Virus record (IMG/VR): IMGVR_UViG_3300031853_000029
Location: 6,657 to 70,656 of that record
Strand: one strand, 5' to 3'
Origin: a virus
Lineage: Duplodnaviria; Caudoviricetes
Length of the DNA: 64,000 nucleotides
The stretch's first letter is position 1; the number at the start of each line of letters is the position of its first letter. Position numbers and translations under genes: made by a program. The notes beneath the pieces were generated by a model. The model had not been told where the DNA came from and searched no databases. It worked only from the letters and a program-made list of their open reading frames with translations. Shown here piece after piece: positions 53,967 through 62,102 of the stretch.

Positions 53967-56885
53967 ATGGAACCTTTGATTCCTTACACCGAAGAAGCGT
54001 TCCGTGCTTTATTCGAAAGCGATACACCGGAGAACGCTTTGGCTCATGTTGGTAAACCACATGACGGTCCCATTCCGCATTCCGGGCGATACGCCTGGGG
54101 AAGCGGTGAATCTCCATATCAGCGGAGTCTGGACTTTATGACACACTACAATGCACTGAGGCGTTCCGGAATGTCGGATAAGCAGATTGCCGAAGCCGAT
54201 GGGCTGACTTTGAATCAGCTCAGAGCTCGCAAATCAAATTCCGGCGCTGATGTGCGGCACCACAATGTGGCAGTTGCCACAAAACTTAAGGCCGCTGGCT
54301 GGTCAACCACGGCTATTGGTAGGAAATTCGGCGTGAACGAGAGCACCGTCAGAGGCTGGCTGGACGAAGATGTTCAGAAGCGGAAAGACGCGTCTCTCGG
54401 CACAGCCAACATGCTTTCCGACCAGGTTAAACAATTCAAATACGTAGAAGTCGGGAAAGGCGTCGAACAGCATCTTGGCGTCAGCAGAACGAAAATGGAT
54501 TACGCCTTGGAAATGCTGAAACAGTCCGGTCAGTATGAAGTGAAAGATATTCGCATTGACCAGGGCGCCAAAGGAAAGAAGACCCGAATTCAGGTTCTCG
54601 TCCCTGTTGGAACGGAACGTAAGGAAATCTATGATCACAAAGATAAGATAGCTATTCCCAACCTTGGTGTTTACACAGAGGACGGTGGCGCAACTTGGAA
54701 CAAGGTAGAAGCCCCGGTTCCGATCGACATGTCTAGAGTGTTCATAAATTACACCAGTCCCGACATGTCTAGGGGAGGGGTACTAAAGGATGGCGTGATC
54801 GAAATCCGGCCTGGCGTTCCGGACCTGAGTCTTGGAAATGCCATGTATGCTCAGGTACGCATTCGTGTTGGAGACGACAAGTACATGAAAGGCATGGCAG
54901 TCTATTCTGACAAAGTGCCAAAAGGGTATGACATTATCTACAACACAAACAAGACCGAAGCCCAGGCAGCCAAAGTATTCAAACCGATGGCCAAGGATAA
55001 GGACGGGAACATCGATCTCATCAACCCATTTGGTGCAACTATCAGAACGGATGATTATAGCGACAATCCGGATCTGATCAAGTGTCAGCGGCACTATATT
55101 GACCCCAAAACGGGCGAACGGAAGTTAAGCGCGCTCAATGTAGTGAACGAAGAAGGCAACTGGAAGGAATGGGGTCGAACCCTGTCTGCCCAGATGCTGA
55201 GTAAGCAGGAGCCTTATCTCGCTGAACGGCAGCTTAAGGTAATGTACAACCGGAAGTTGGACGAGTTTAACGAGATTCTGGGTCTGACGAATCCGACTAT
55301 TCGTGCTCACCTTTTGGAAGGCTTTGCGGATGATTGCGACTCCAGCGCCGTGCACCTGAAAGCCGCGGCTATTCCCGGTTCGGCTTCGCATGTCATTATC
55401 CCAATCCCTTCTATGAAGGAGAACGAGATCTACGCGCCCAACTATGAGAATGGTTCCCGGGTTGCCCTGATTCGTTATCCTCATGGCGGAAGGTTCGAGA
55501 TCGCTGATCTTACCGTCAATAATCTGAACAAGGAAGCCCAGAAGATTCTTGGTGCTGCTCCCGATGCTGTAGGTATTCATCACTCGGTTGCGGCCAAGCT
55601 GTCAGGCGCCGACTTTGATGGGGACACTGTTACGGTCATTCCGAACAATTCGGGCGACATCAAGAGTATGGCCGCCTTGAAAGGGCTGAAGGACTACGAG
55701 CCTAAGGTCCTCTATGCGAAGTCCGACGATCAGATTAAGACCGGAAAACCAAAGAATAAGAAGGACATGTATGATGCTAACGGCAAGCAGCTCTATGATA
55801 ACTTCGACACGCAGCGTCAGATGGGAGAGATTTCGAATCTGATTACAGACATGACCATCAAGGGCGCTCCGACCGAAGACATTTGCAAAGCCGTTCGGCA
55901 TTCCATGACTGTTATTGATGCCGAGAAGCACAACCTTGACTGGAAACGATCTTACGAGGAGAATCAAATCAGAGAACTGAAGAGCAGGTATCAGGGAGTC
56001 AATCCTAATGGCAGCCTGAAGGGCGCTTCGACTCTGATCTCTGCCTCGAAATCCAAGGTCTACCTTCCCGATCGGAAGGCTGGTGTCTGGGCCCATGACG
56101 AGAACGGTAAAGGGTATCGGCAGCTGTATGATCCGGAGACTGGCGCAAAGCTTTATTCAAATACGGGCAAGATGAGCTCGAAAAAAGTCTACGACAAGAA
56201 CGGCGACTACGTTTGGAAGCAGTTTCCGGTCGAGATCACTACTACAAAGATGGCCGAGACTCAAGACGCCTATTCGTTGTCTTCGGGAACAAGAATGGAA
56301 GGCATTTATGCCAACCATGCCAACCGTCTGAAGGCTCTTGCTAATCGGGCCAGAAAAGAAATTATGTCAACGGAAGACGTTCCTTACAGTCCGGCTGCAG
56401 CAAAACGCTACTCCGCTGAGGTAGATTCTTTGAAAGCCAAGAAGAACGAAGCTGACAAGCACAAGCCTTTGGAGCGTCGTGCCGGTGCAATCGCTACCAG
56501 TCTATTCCAAATGAAAGCTGCCGAAGATCCAAGCTTATGGGAAGACCATGATCGGGCCAAAAAGGAAAGGGCCCGTCTGATGGACTATGCACGGAAACAG
56601 ATGGGTGAAAAGCGTCCTCGAATTGCGTTTACAGATAAGGAATACGAAGCGATTCAGGCTGGCGCCGTTCGTAAGACGTTCTTGAAGGACTTGATTAAGG
56701 AATGCGACCAGGACGCCCTGAAACAGCGTGCCATGCCTCGCCAGTGGAAGGCGATGTCTCCTGCTAAACTTTCCAGAGCTCGTCAGATGCTTAAGAATGG
56801 CGCCACAAACATCGAAGTCGCTCAGGCCCTTGGTGTCTCGACTTCGACGCTTTACGACGCTCTTAACGGCAAAACCGGCTCGTAA
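53967..56885 (+). CDS. Putative single-subunit double-psi-beta-barrel RNA polymerase (YonO/RdRP-related) with terminal HTH domains
   Basis: GADFDGD at 55605-55625; LIRYPHGG; YAQVR...KGMAV; HTHs at both termini. Confidence 0.8.
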   Translation: MEPLIPYTEEAFRALFESDTPENALAHVGKPHDGPIPHSGRYAWGSGESPYQRSLDFMTHYNALRRSGMSDKQIAEADGLTLNQLRARKSNSGADVRHHNVAVATKLKAAGWSTTAIGRKFGVNESTVRGWLDEDVQKRKDASLGTANMLSDQVKQFKYVEVGKGVEQHLGVSRTKMDYALEMLKQSGQYEVKDIRIDQGAKGKKTRIQVLVPVGTERKEIYDHKDKIAIPNLGVYTEDGGATWNKVEAPVPIDMSRVFINYTSPDMSRGGVLKDGVIEIRPGVPDLSLGNAMYAQVRIRVGDDKYMKGMAVYSDKVPKGYDIIYNTNKTEAQAAKVFKPMAKDKDGNIDLINPFGATIRTDDYSDNPDLIKCQRHYIDPKTGERKLSALNVVNEEGNWKEWGRTLSAQMLSKQEPYLAERQLKVMYNRKLDEFNEILGLTNPTIRAHLLEGFADDCDSSAVHLKAAAIPGSASHVIIPIPSMKENEIYAPNYENGSRVALIRYPHGGRFEIADLTVNNLNKEAQKILGAAPDAVGIHHSVAAKLSGADFDGDTVTVIPNNSGDIKSMAALKGLKDYEPKVLYAKSDDQIKTGKPKNKKDMYDANGKQLYDNFDTQRQMGEISNLITDMTIKGAPTEDICKAVRHSMTVIDAEKHNLDWKRSYEENQIRELKSRYQGVNPNGSLKGASTLISASKSKVYLPDRKAGVWAHDENGKGYRQLYDPETGAKLYSNTGKMSSKKVYDKNGDYVWKQFPVEITTTKMAETQDAYSLSSGTRMEGIYANHANRLKALANRARKEIMSTEDVPYSPAAAKRYSAEVDSLKAKKNEADKHKPLERRAGAIATSLFQMKAAEDPSLWEDHDRAKKERARLMDYARKQMGEKRPRIAFTDKEYEAIQAGAVRKTFLKDLIKECDQDALKQRAMPRQWKAMSPAKLSRARQMLKNGATNIEVAQALGVSTSTLYDALNGKTGS

Positions 56886-56925
56886 ACGGAATCTATTCCA
56901 AAATCTATTCAGAAAGGAGCTTTAG

Positions 56926-57156
56926 ATGGCCATCGCACTTACCTTTGAAGGCAACCCCTTCAGCCCAGTCACGGACTTTCGTGCCTGGTACGCCTTCGAT
57001 CCGGTTAAAGCGGCGAAATGTTGCTCGATGTACGCTGCATTGACGCCTGAAAGCTCTGAATCGACCCCTTCCGAGCAAGATGAAGCTCGAGAAGCGGCGA
57101 TTGACGAGATTTGTCGTGAGAATGTGACCGGATACTTTAAAAAATACACCGAATAA
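56926..57156 (+). CDS. Conserved small acidic phage protein
   Basis: AAGGAG RBS; LT...NPFSP..DF..W..FD. Confidence 0.65.
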   Translation: MAIALTFEGNPFSPVTDFRAWYAFDPVKAAKCCSMYAALTPESSESTPSEQDEAREAAIDEICRENVTGYFKKYTE

Positions 57157-57199
57157 ATGACGTGAATAGATCTTGAATAGGCCTAAACAGCGTCATTTA

Positions 57200-57290
57200 T
57201 GGCACCCGGGGGAGGGGGTCCGCGAAAAACACCCCCTCCCTGCATCGCCGGCCTCCTCGGAAAAGCCCCGGAGGGATATTTTGGTGGTGC
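57200..57290. other. GC-rich inverted-repeat region, candidate cos/packaging site
   Basis: GGGAGGGGGT...ACCCCCTCCC; noncoding gap upstream of TerS-HNH-TerL. Confidence 0.4.
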
Positions 57291-57311
57291 AAATTATATT
57301 TTTTCTGGGTG

Positions 57312-57340
57312 TTGACGGTGGATTTTAGCGGTGTTAGACT
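57312..57340 (+). promoter_or_regulatory. Host sigmaA/sigma70-type promoter
   Basis: TTGACG-17 bp-TAGACT with extended -10 TG. Confidence 0.55.
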
Positions 57341-57430
57341 ATTATTATATTTTCGGCCGCATCTTTTCCTTAAAAGTGGCCTGAAAGTACACAGAAACGG
57401 TGCCTATAATTGATCTGGGAGGTTACGAAC

Positions 57431-57871
57431 ATGGGACTGACACTGGCGAAGTGCCCTGCGTGTGGTGCGGATCTCAACTTAGAAACTGACCGAGACTTCT
57501 TTTATTGCCCACATTGCGGTTCAAAAGTCGCTAAGTACGACGATAAAATTGTTATCGAGCATGTTAATCGTTCGATTGATGAAGCTGAAGTAAGGCGGAT
57601 CGAATTAGAGCGCGAGATGTACAACCTCGAAGAGCAGCGAATTGAAAAGAACAGGCAGCAGAACCTTCCGAAAGCTAAGAAGATGATTCTTGTCGGCTTG
57701 ATAGTATTCGTTATCGGGCAAGTTTTATCCAGAATAGATAATAACCCCTCAGCTATGATTATTTGGTATGTAGGTGCCATGATTGTTATGATCGGCGGGG
57801 CAACTTTTTTAGTTTCTTATTTCGGAGACACAAATAGAAAGAGCGCTTCCGGCGACAAAGACAAGAAATAA
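57431..57871 (+). CDS. Zinc-ribbon plus 2-TM membrane protein (moron-like)
   Basis: CPACGA...CPHCGS; two C-terminal TM segments; GGAGG RBS. Confidence 0.75.
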   Translation: MGLTLAKCPACGADLNLETDRDFFYCPHCGSKVAKYDDKIVIEHVNRSIDEAEVRRIELEREMYNLEEQRIEKNRQQNLPKAKKMILVGLIVFVIGQVLSRIDNNPSAMIIWYVGAMIVMIGGATFLVSYFGDTNRKSASGDKDKK

Positions 57872-57910
57872 CCTTTCAGATTTAAAAACAAACAGACAGG
57901 AGGGCTTGGC

Positions 57911-58285
57911 GTGCGAGAGATAATGACACGCAAGCCAAGTGGACGCCGAACTACGGCTACTCCAAGAAGCGGGGCCCATTTTCCTTCCGAGGCGACAACG
58001 GCTGAAAAGAGGGAGAATGAGCTCATTGCTTTGGCGGTCGACTTGGCTGAAGAACAGCTTCGTGCCGGAACTGCTTCTTCTCAGGTAATCACGCATTTCC
58101 TGAAGCTGGCTACAGAGAAGGAGAAGCTTGAGAGGGAGAAACTCGAAGCCGAGATCGAAATCACCAGAACTAAGAAGAAGTCCATTGAGGCTTCCGACCG
58201 CATGGAGGAACTGCTGGCCAACGCCATCAACGTTTTCACATCGAAATACGAATGGCAGGGAGATGACACCGGCAGTGAAGGTTAG
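57911..58285 (+). CDS. Probable terminase small subunit
   Basis: RENELIALAVDLAEEQLRAGTASSQVITHFLK helical protein in the TerS position upstream of HNH/TerL. Confidence 0.6.
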   Translation: MREIMTRKPSGRRTTATPRSGAHFPSEATTAEKRENELIALAVDLAEEQLRAGTASSQVITHFLKLATEKEKLEREKLEAEIEITRTKKKSIEASDRMEELLANAINVFTSKYEWQGDDTGSEG

Positions 58286-58739
58286 GTGTTATAAAGAACT
58301 GAGCCGGCTTAAAACGTTCGACGAAAAGTTCAATTATTTGAAGCTTGGCGGAGAAGTCGGAAAAGAGACATTCGGATTCGACCGATACCTTAACCAGGCT
58401 CTATACCATACAGAAGTATGGAGAAGAATTCGACGGGATGTGATTATTCGTGATGAAGGGAACGATCTTGGCGATCCAGACAGGCCGATTGATGTTAGTT
58501 TGGATTGGGAAACGATCGACGGGAAAAAGAGTAGGCGCTCCTCCCCAATCATCATTCATCATATGAATCCAATAACATTGGATGACATTCGCTCCGGTGA
58601 TGAAAAAGTTTTCAACCCGGAGTTTTTAATTTGCTGTTCCCGTCTTACGCATAACGCGATACATTATGGAAACATCGATTTGCTTCACGGTGACGATCTG
58701 ATCGAGCGCAGGCCAGGAGACACATGCCCGTGGAAGTAG
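58263..58739 (+). CDS. HNH endonuclease (packaging-associated)
   Basis: WRRIRRDVIIRD, IHHMNPI, LICCS..THNAIH. Confidence 0.85.
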   Translation: MTPAVKVRCYKELSRLKTFDEKFNYLKLGGEVGKETFGFDRYLNQALYHTEVWRRIRRDVIIRDEGNDLGDPDRPIDVSLDWETIDGKKSRRSSPIIIHHMNPITLDDIRSGDEKVFNPEFLICCSRLTHNAIHYGNIDLLHGDDLIERRPGDTCPWK

Positions 58740-58837
58740 TTATCCTTTAATTGCGTCAAAATCCCAAGCGGAATTCGCACCTATCACTGTTTTTGCGGAC
58801 CGCTAATACAAAATTCATACTTTGGAGGTACAGAGCC

Positions 58838-59029
58838 ATGACTATTATGGACGAACTGAACAAGATTGTTGAAGAGGCTGGCGGAACTCCTTCCGGCGGT
58901 TCTATTATGGACGTTCTGAATGCCGCTGCGGTGGCTCACGGTGGGCAGCCTACTGGTGGATCCATTGCCGACGCGATCGAAAATTATGAGGCCAGTAAGA
59001 CAGACAACAGCGAGGGTGAAGGCGGCTAA
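58838..59029 (+). CDS. Small protein with GG.P.GGSI repeats
   Basis: GGAGG RBS; internal duplication. Confidence 0.55.
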   Translation: MTIMDELNKIVEEAGGTPSGGSIMDVLNAAAVAHGGQPTGGSIADAIENYEASKTDNSEGEGG

Positions 59030-59057
59030 TCCGTTGAGAGCCAACTGACATAAGGAG

Positions 59058-59417
59058 GTGGTCCCAACGGAAGAGAGTATTCTGCAGTCGATTAAGAAGA
59101 TGCTTGGTCTGGAGGCGGACTACACGCCTTTTGACCAGGAATTGCTGATCCACATTAACAGCGCGTTATTCACGCTGATGCAGCTCGGCGTTGGGCCTTC
59201 TGGTGGGTTTGACGTCGACGGAGATGAAGAAACCTGGAGAGATTTTCTTGGCGACGATTTAACAAAACTGAAAGCTGTAAAGAGCTACATTTATTACGAC
59301 GTTCGGCTTGCCTGGGATCCACCCTCTTCAGGAACAGTGGCCAAACAATTCCAGGAGAAGCACGAGGAGCTCGGGTGGCGACTGCGGCATCAGGTAGAGG
59401 CAGGTGATACCGAGTGA
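59058..59417 (+). CDS. Head-tail adaptor-like protein
   Basis: SILQSIKKMLG...FD..L.IHINS...L.QLGVGP...EL.WRL. Confidence 0.55.
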   Translation: MVPTEESILQSIKKMLGLEADYTPFDQELLIHINSALFTLMQLGVGPSGGFDVDGDEETWRDFLGDDLTKLKAVKSYIYYDVRLAWDPPSSGTVAKQFQEKHEELGWRLRHQVEAGDTE

Positions 59418-60262
59418 TTTACGAAAGCAATTATTATGTCGGATCCGATCTTAATGGCGATAGCCTGAGCCACCATGGTGTTCCGAATCAGAAATGGGGC
59501 GTTCGCAATGGACCTCCCTACCCTGTCCAGCGCGGCGGAGCTGTGCACTACAACATCGGTAAGATGACTGATAAGACAAAAGCGACTTTAGGAAATGCCG
59601 CCAAAAGCGTTGTAGGAAAAACCAGCAGTGCTTTTAAAAACTGGAAGAATGGCCTGAAGACAGAACTTGCAGTTAAACCTACTGACAATTTGCTCCTTAA
59701 AAACTGGCAGAAGAAACAGCTCAGGATTAGCGACATGACCGACGATGATCTGAAACGGCGGATCGATCGAAAACGGCTGGAAGAAACCTACAAACATGCG
59801 CTTCGAGGCGATTTCTCTGATCCGAAGACCTGGAAAGGCAGCAAAGGCGGCAAGAACGGAGACGGAAACAATAATAACAAAGGGAAAGAAGCTGCTGACA
59901 ATATTCTCAAAAGAGTCGGAAATGCCGCGGTTGAAGGTTTAACAAGAGGCCTCAGTGCTAAAATTGAAGAGAGTATGGTTACCAAGTCAAAAGCTAAGGC
60001 TGCCAGGAAAGAAGCTCGCAGAGACGCTATGGCGGAGGTCGCAAGAGAGGCTGCTAAGGAACGCGCCGAGTATCGTGCTGAGCGTAGAAACGAAGCTTGG
60101 AAAGAGCGCCAAGAACGGAACAGAACCTACAGGGAAAGCAGATGGAATGGCGACGACGGAGCAATGGATCCGCAGATGGGCTGGACAGACCGTCGTAGAC
60201 AGGCCGGTTCATTAGGAAGCGGCGGATATTACGCTCCTCCCGGTTCCTGGACGGTTACCTGA
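59414..60262 (+). CDS. Basic head-module protein with HHGV..QKWGVR motif
   Basis: DSLSHHGVPNQKWGVRNGPPYP; MTDDDLKRRIDR; Lys/Arg-rich. Confidence 0.75.
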   Translation: MIYESNYYVGSDLNGDSLSHHGVPNQKWGVRNGPPYPVQRGGAVHYNIGKMTDKTKATLGNAAKSVVGKTSSAFKNWKNGLKTELAVKPTDNLLLKNWQKKQLRISDMTDDDLKRRIDRKRLEETYKHALRGDFSDPKTWKGSKGGKNGDGNNNNKGKEAADNILKRVGNAAVEGLTRGLSAKIEESMVTKSKAKAARKEARRDAMAEVAREAAKERAEYRAERRNEAWKERQERNRTYRESRWNGDDGAMDPQMGWTDRRRQAGSLGSGGYYAPPGSWTVT

Positions 60263-60289
60263 CGCGGCATGAAAGACGGGTGACCTGTA

Positions 60290-62032
60290 ATCCTATCTAA
60301 CACAGCTACTCCAAAATATTACGGGATGTTCCGAGACCAGGTTCTTCGGAACGAAATTCCTGTATGCGAAAATATCAGTCTGTATATGAACCTGATCGAC
60401 GAGCGAATCGCCAATCCGATGTTTTATTACGACGACGATCCTGTCGAGCGGTACATATCTTTCTGCGAGAACGAACTGACGCTCACTGACGGCGCGGACA
60501 TGAAGCTTCTTGACTCCTTTAAGCTCTGGGCAGAGGATTTGCTCGGGTGGTATTATTTCGAGGAGCGTAGCGTTTACGAGCCGGGTCAAAATGGTGAGGT
60601 CGGAGGGTACAGACAGAGGCTGGTGAAGCGCCGGCTTATCAACAAACAGTATTTAATCGTAGGACGTGGCGCCGCAAAGAGTCTGTATTCGACAACGATA
60701 CAGGCTTATTTTCTTGTTTGCGACAAATCCACGACCTATCAGATTGCCACGGCGCCAACCATGCGTCAGGCAGACGAAATTCTGGCCCCTATCCGGACGG
60801 CTATTGCCCGGAGCAGAGGGCCGGTTTTCAAATTCCTTACAGCAGGTAATCTGCAGAACACAACCGGCAATCGGCTGAACCGTCCGAAGCTCAGTTCAAC
60901 CAAGAAGGGCATAGAGAACTTCCTGAGTAACAGCAGCCTTCAGGTTCACCCGATGACAGTTGATAAGCTGCAGACCTGGCGATGCAAGGTTGTAAGCATT
61001 GATGAATGGCTTTCCGGAGAAACCCGGGAAGATGTTGTCAATGCTGTGGAACAGTCGGCCGCAAAGGCAGGCGACTATATGATTCTGGCAACCAGCTCCG
61101 AGGGTACGGTTCGAAACGGCGTCGGTGATACGATGAAGATCGAGCTGATGAAAATTCTTCGGGGCGAATACCGGAATCCGCACGTATCAATCTGGTATTA
61201 CAGATTGGACGACAAGAAGGAAATCGCGGACCCGTATCTGTGGCGAAAGGCTAATCCCAATCTTGGTTATACAGTGACCTACGAAACCTACCAGCGGGAA
61301 GTGGAAAGAGCCGAAAACAATCCGAGCTCCGCAAACGACACGCTAGCAAAGAGATTCGGTATCCCGATGGAAGGCAGCACGTTCTTCTTTACGTATGAGC
61401 AAACGTTGTGTCATCCGAAAACCGATTTCTGGGGGATGCCTTGTGCTATGGGTGCGGACTTAAGTCAGGGCGATGACTTCTGTGCGTTTACGTTTTTGTT
61501 CCCGATTGGAGACGGTCGATTTGGCGTTAAGACCAGATGCTATATCACGAGCAGGACTCTTTTAAATCTTCCGGCCGCAACCAGGAATAAATACGACGAT
61601 TTCATTAACGAGACGAGTCTGGCTGTACTTGACGGAACCGTTCTGACCATTGACGATGTATACGATGATCTGGAACGATTTATCGAACGCAGTCAGTACG
61701 ACGTACGGGCGTTCGGGTTTGACCCTTATAACGCCAAAGAATTTGTTGAAAGATGGACGAGGGATTACGGGCCTTACGCTGTGGAGAAAGTAATTCAGGG
61801 CGCAAAGACAGAAAGCGTGCCGCTCGGAGAACTCCGAAATCTTGCCGAAGAGCGATCTCTTATATTTGATCAGGGAATTATGCAATATTGCATGGGCAAC
61901 TGTATCGCGATCGAGGACACAAACGGAAACCGAAAACTGGCAAAGAAAAGGTATGAGCATAAGATCGACGCAGTTGCAGCTATGATGGATGCGTATATTG
62001 CATATAAGCTAAACAGCGAAAACTTTGATTGA
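60290..62032 (+). CDS. terL: Terminase large subunit
   Basis: Walker A GRGAAKS, Walker B SIDEW, nuclease GADLSQGDDF and KIDAVAAMMDA; first in-frame ATG is 60326, probable true start ATC 60290. Confidence 0.92.
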   Translation: MLSNTATPKYYGMFRDQVLRNEIPVCENISLYMNLIDERIANPMFYYDDDPVERYISFCENELTLTDGADMKLLDSFKLWAEDLLGWYYFEERSVYEPGQNGEVGGYRQRLVKRRLINKQYLIVGRGAAKSLYSTTIQAYFLVCDKSTTYQIATAPTMRQADEILAPIRTAIARSRGPVFKFLTAGNLQNTTGNRLNRPKLSSTKKGIENFLSNSSLQVHPMTVDKLQTWRCKVVSIDEWLSGETREDVVNAVEQSAAKAGDYMILATSSEGTVRNGVGDTMKIELMKILRGEYRNPHVSIWYYRLDDKKEIADPYLWRKANPNLGYTVTYETYQREVERAENNPSSANDTLAKRFGIPMEGSTFFFTYEQTLCHPKTDFWGMPCAMGADLSQGDDFCAFTFLFPIGDGRFGVKTRCYITSRTLLNLPAATRNKYDDFINETSLAVLDGTVLTIDDVYDDLERFIERSQYDVRAFGFDPYNAKEFVERWTRDYGPYAVEKVIQGAKTESVPLGELRNLAEERSLIFDQGIMQYCMGNCIAIEDTNGNRKLAKKRYEHKIDAVAAMMDAYIAYKLNSENFD

Positions 62033-62102
62033 TCTAACTGCCCGCGGAACAAAGCAATGGAAGATAAGAAAGGGCGAATAACTCAAAGAGAGGTATACGA
62101 AC

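Noticed and set aside
53967-56885. IS transposase or true RNA-dependent RNA polymerase
   Set aside because: No DDE triad, terminal inverted repeats or target duplication; in a dsDNA phage the DFDGD enzyme is more plausibly DNA-dependent like YonO.
57375-57410. Second sigmaA promoter (CTGAAA-18-TATAAT)
   Set aside because: Weak -35 and suboptimal spacing; not listed separately from the better promoter at 57312.
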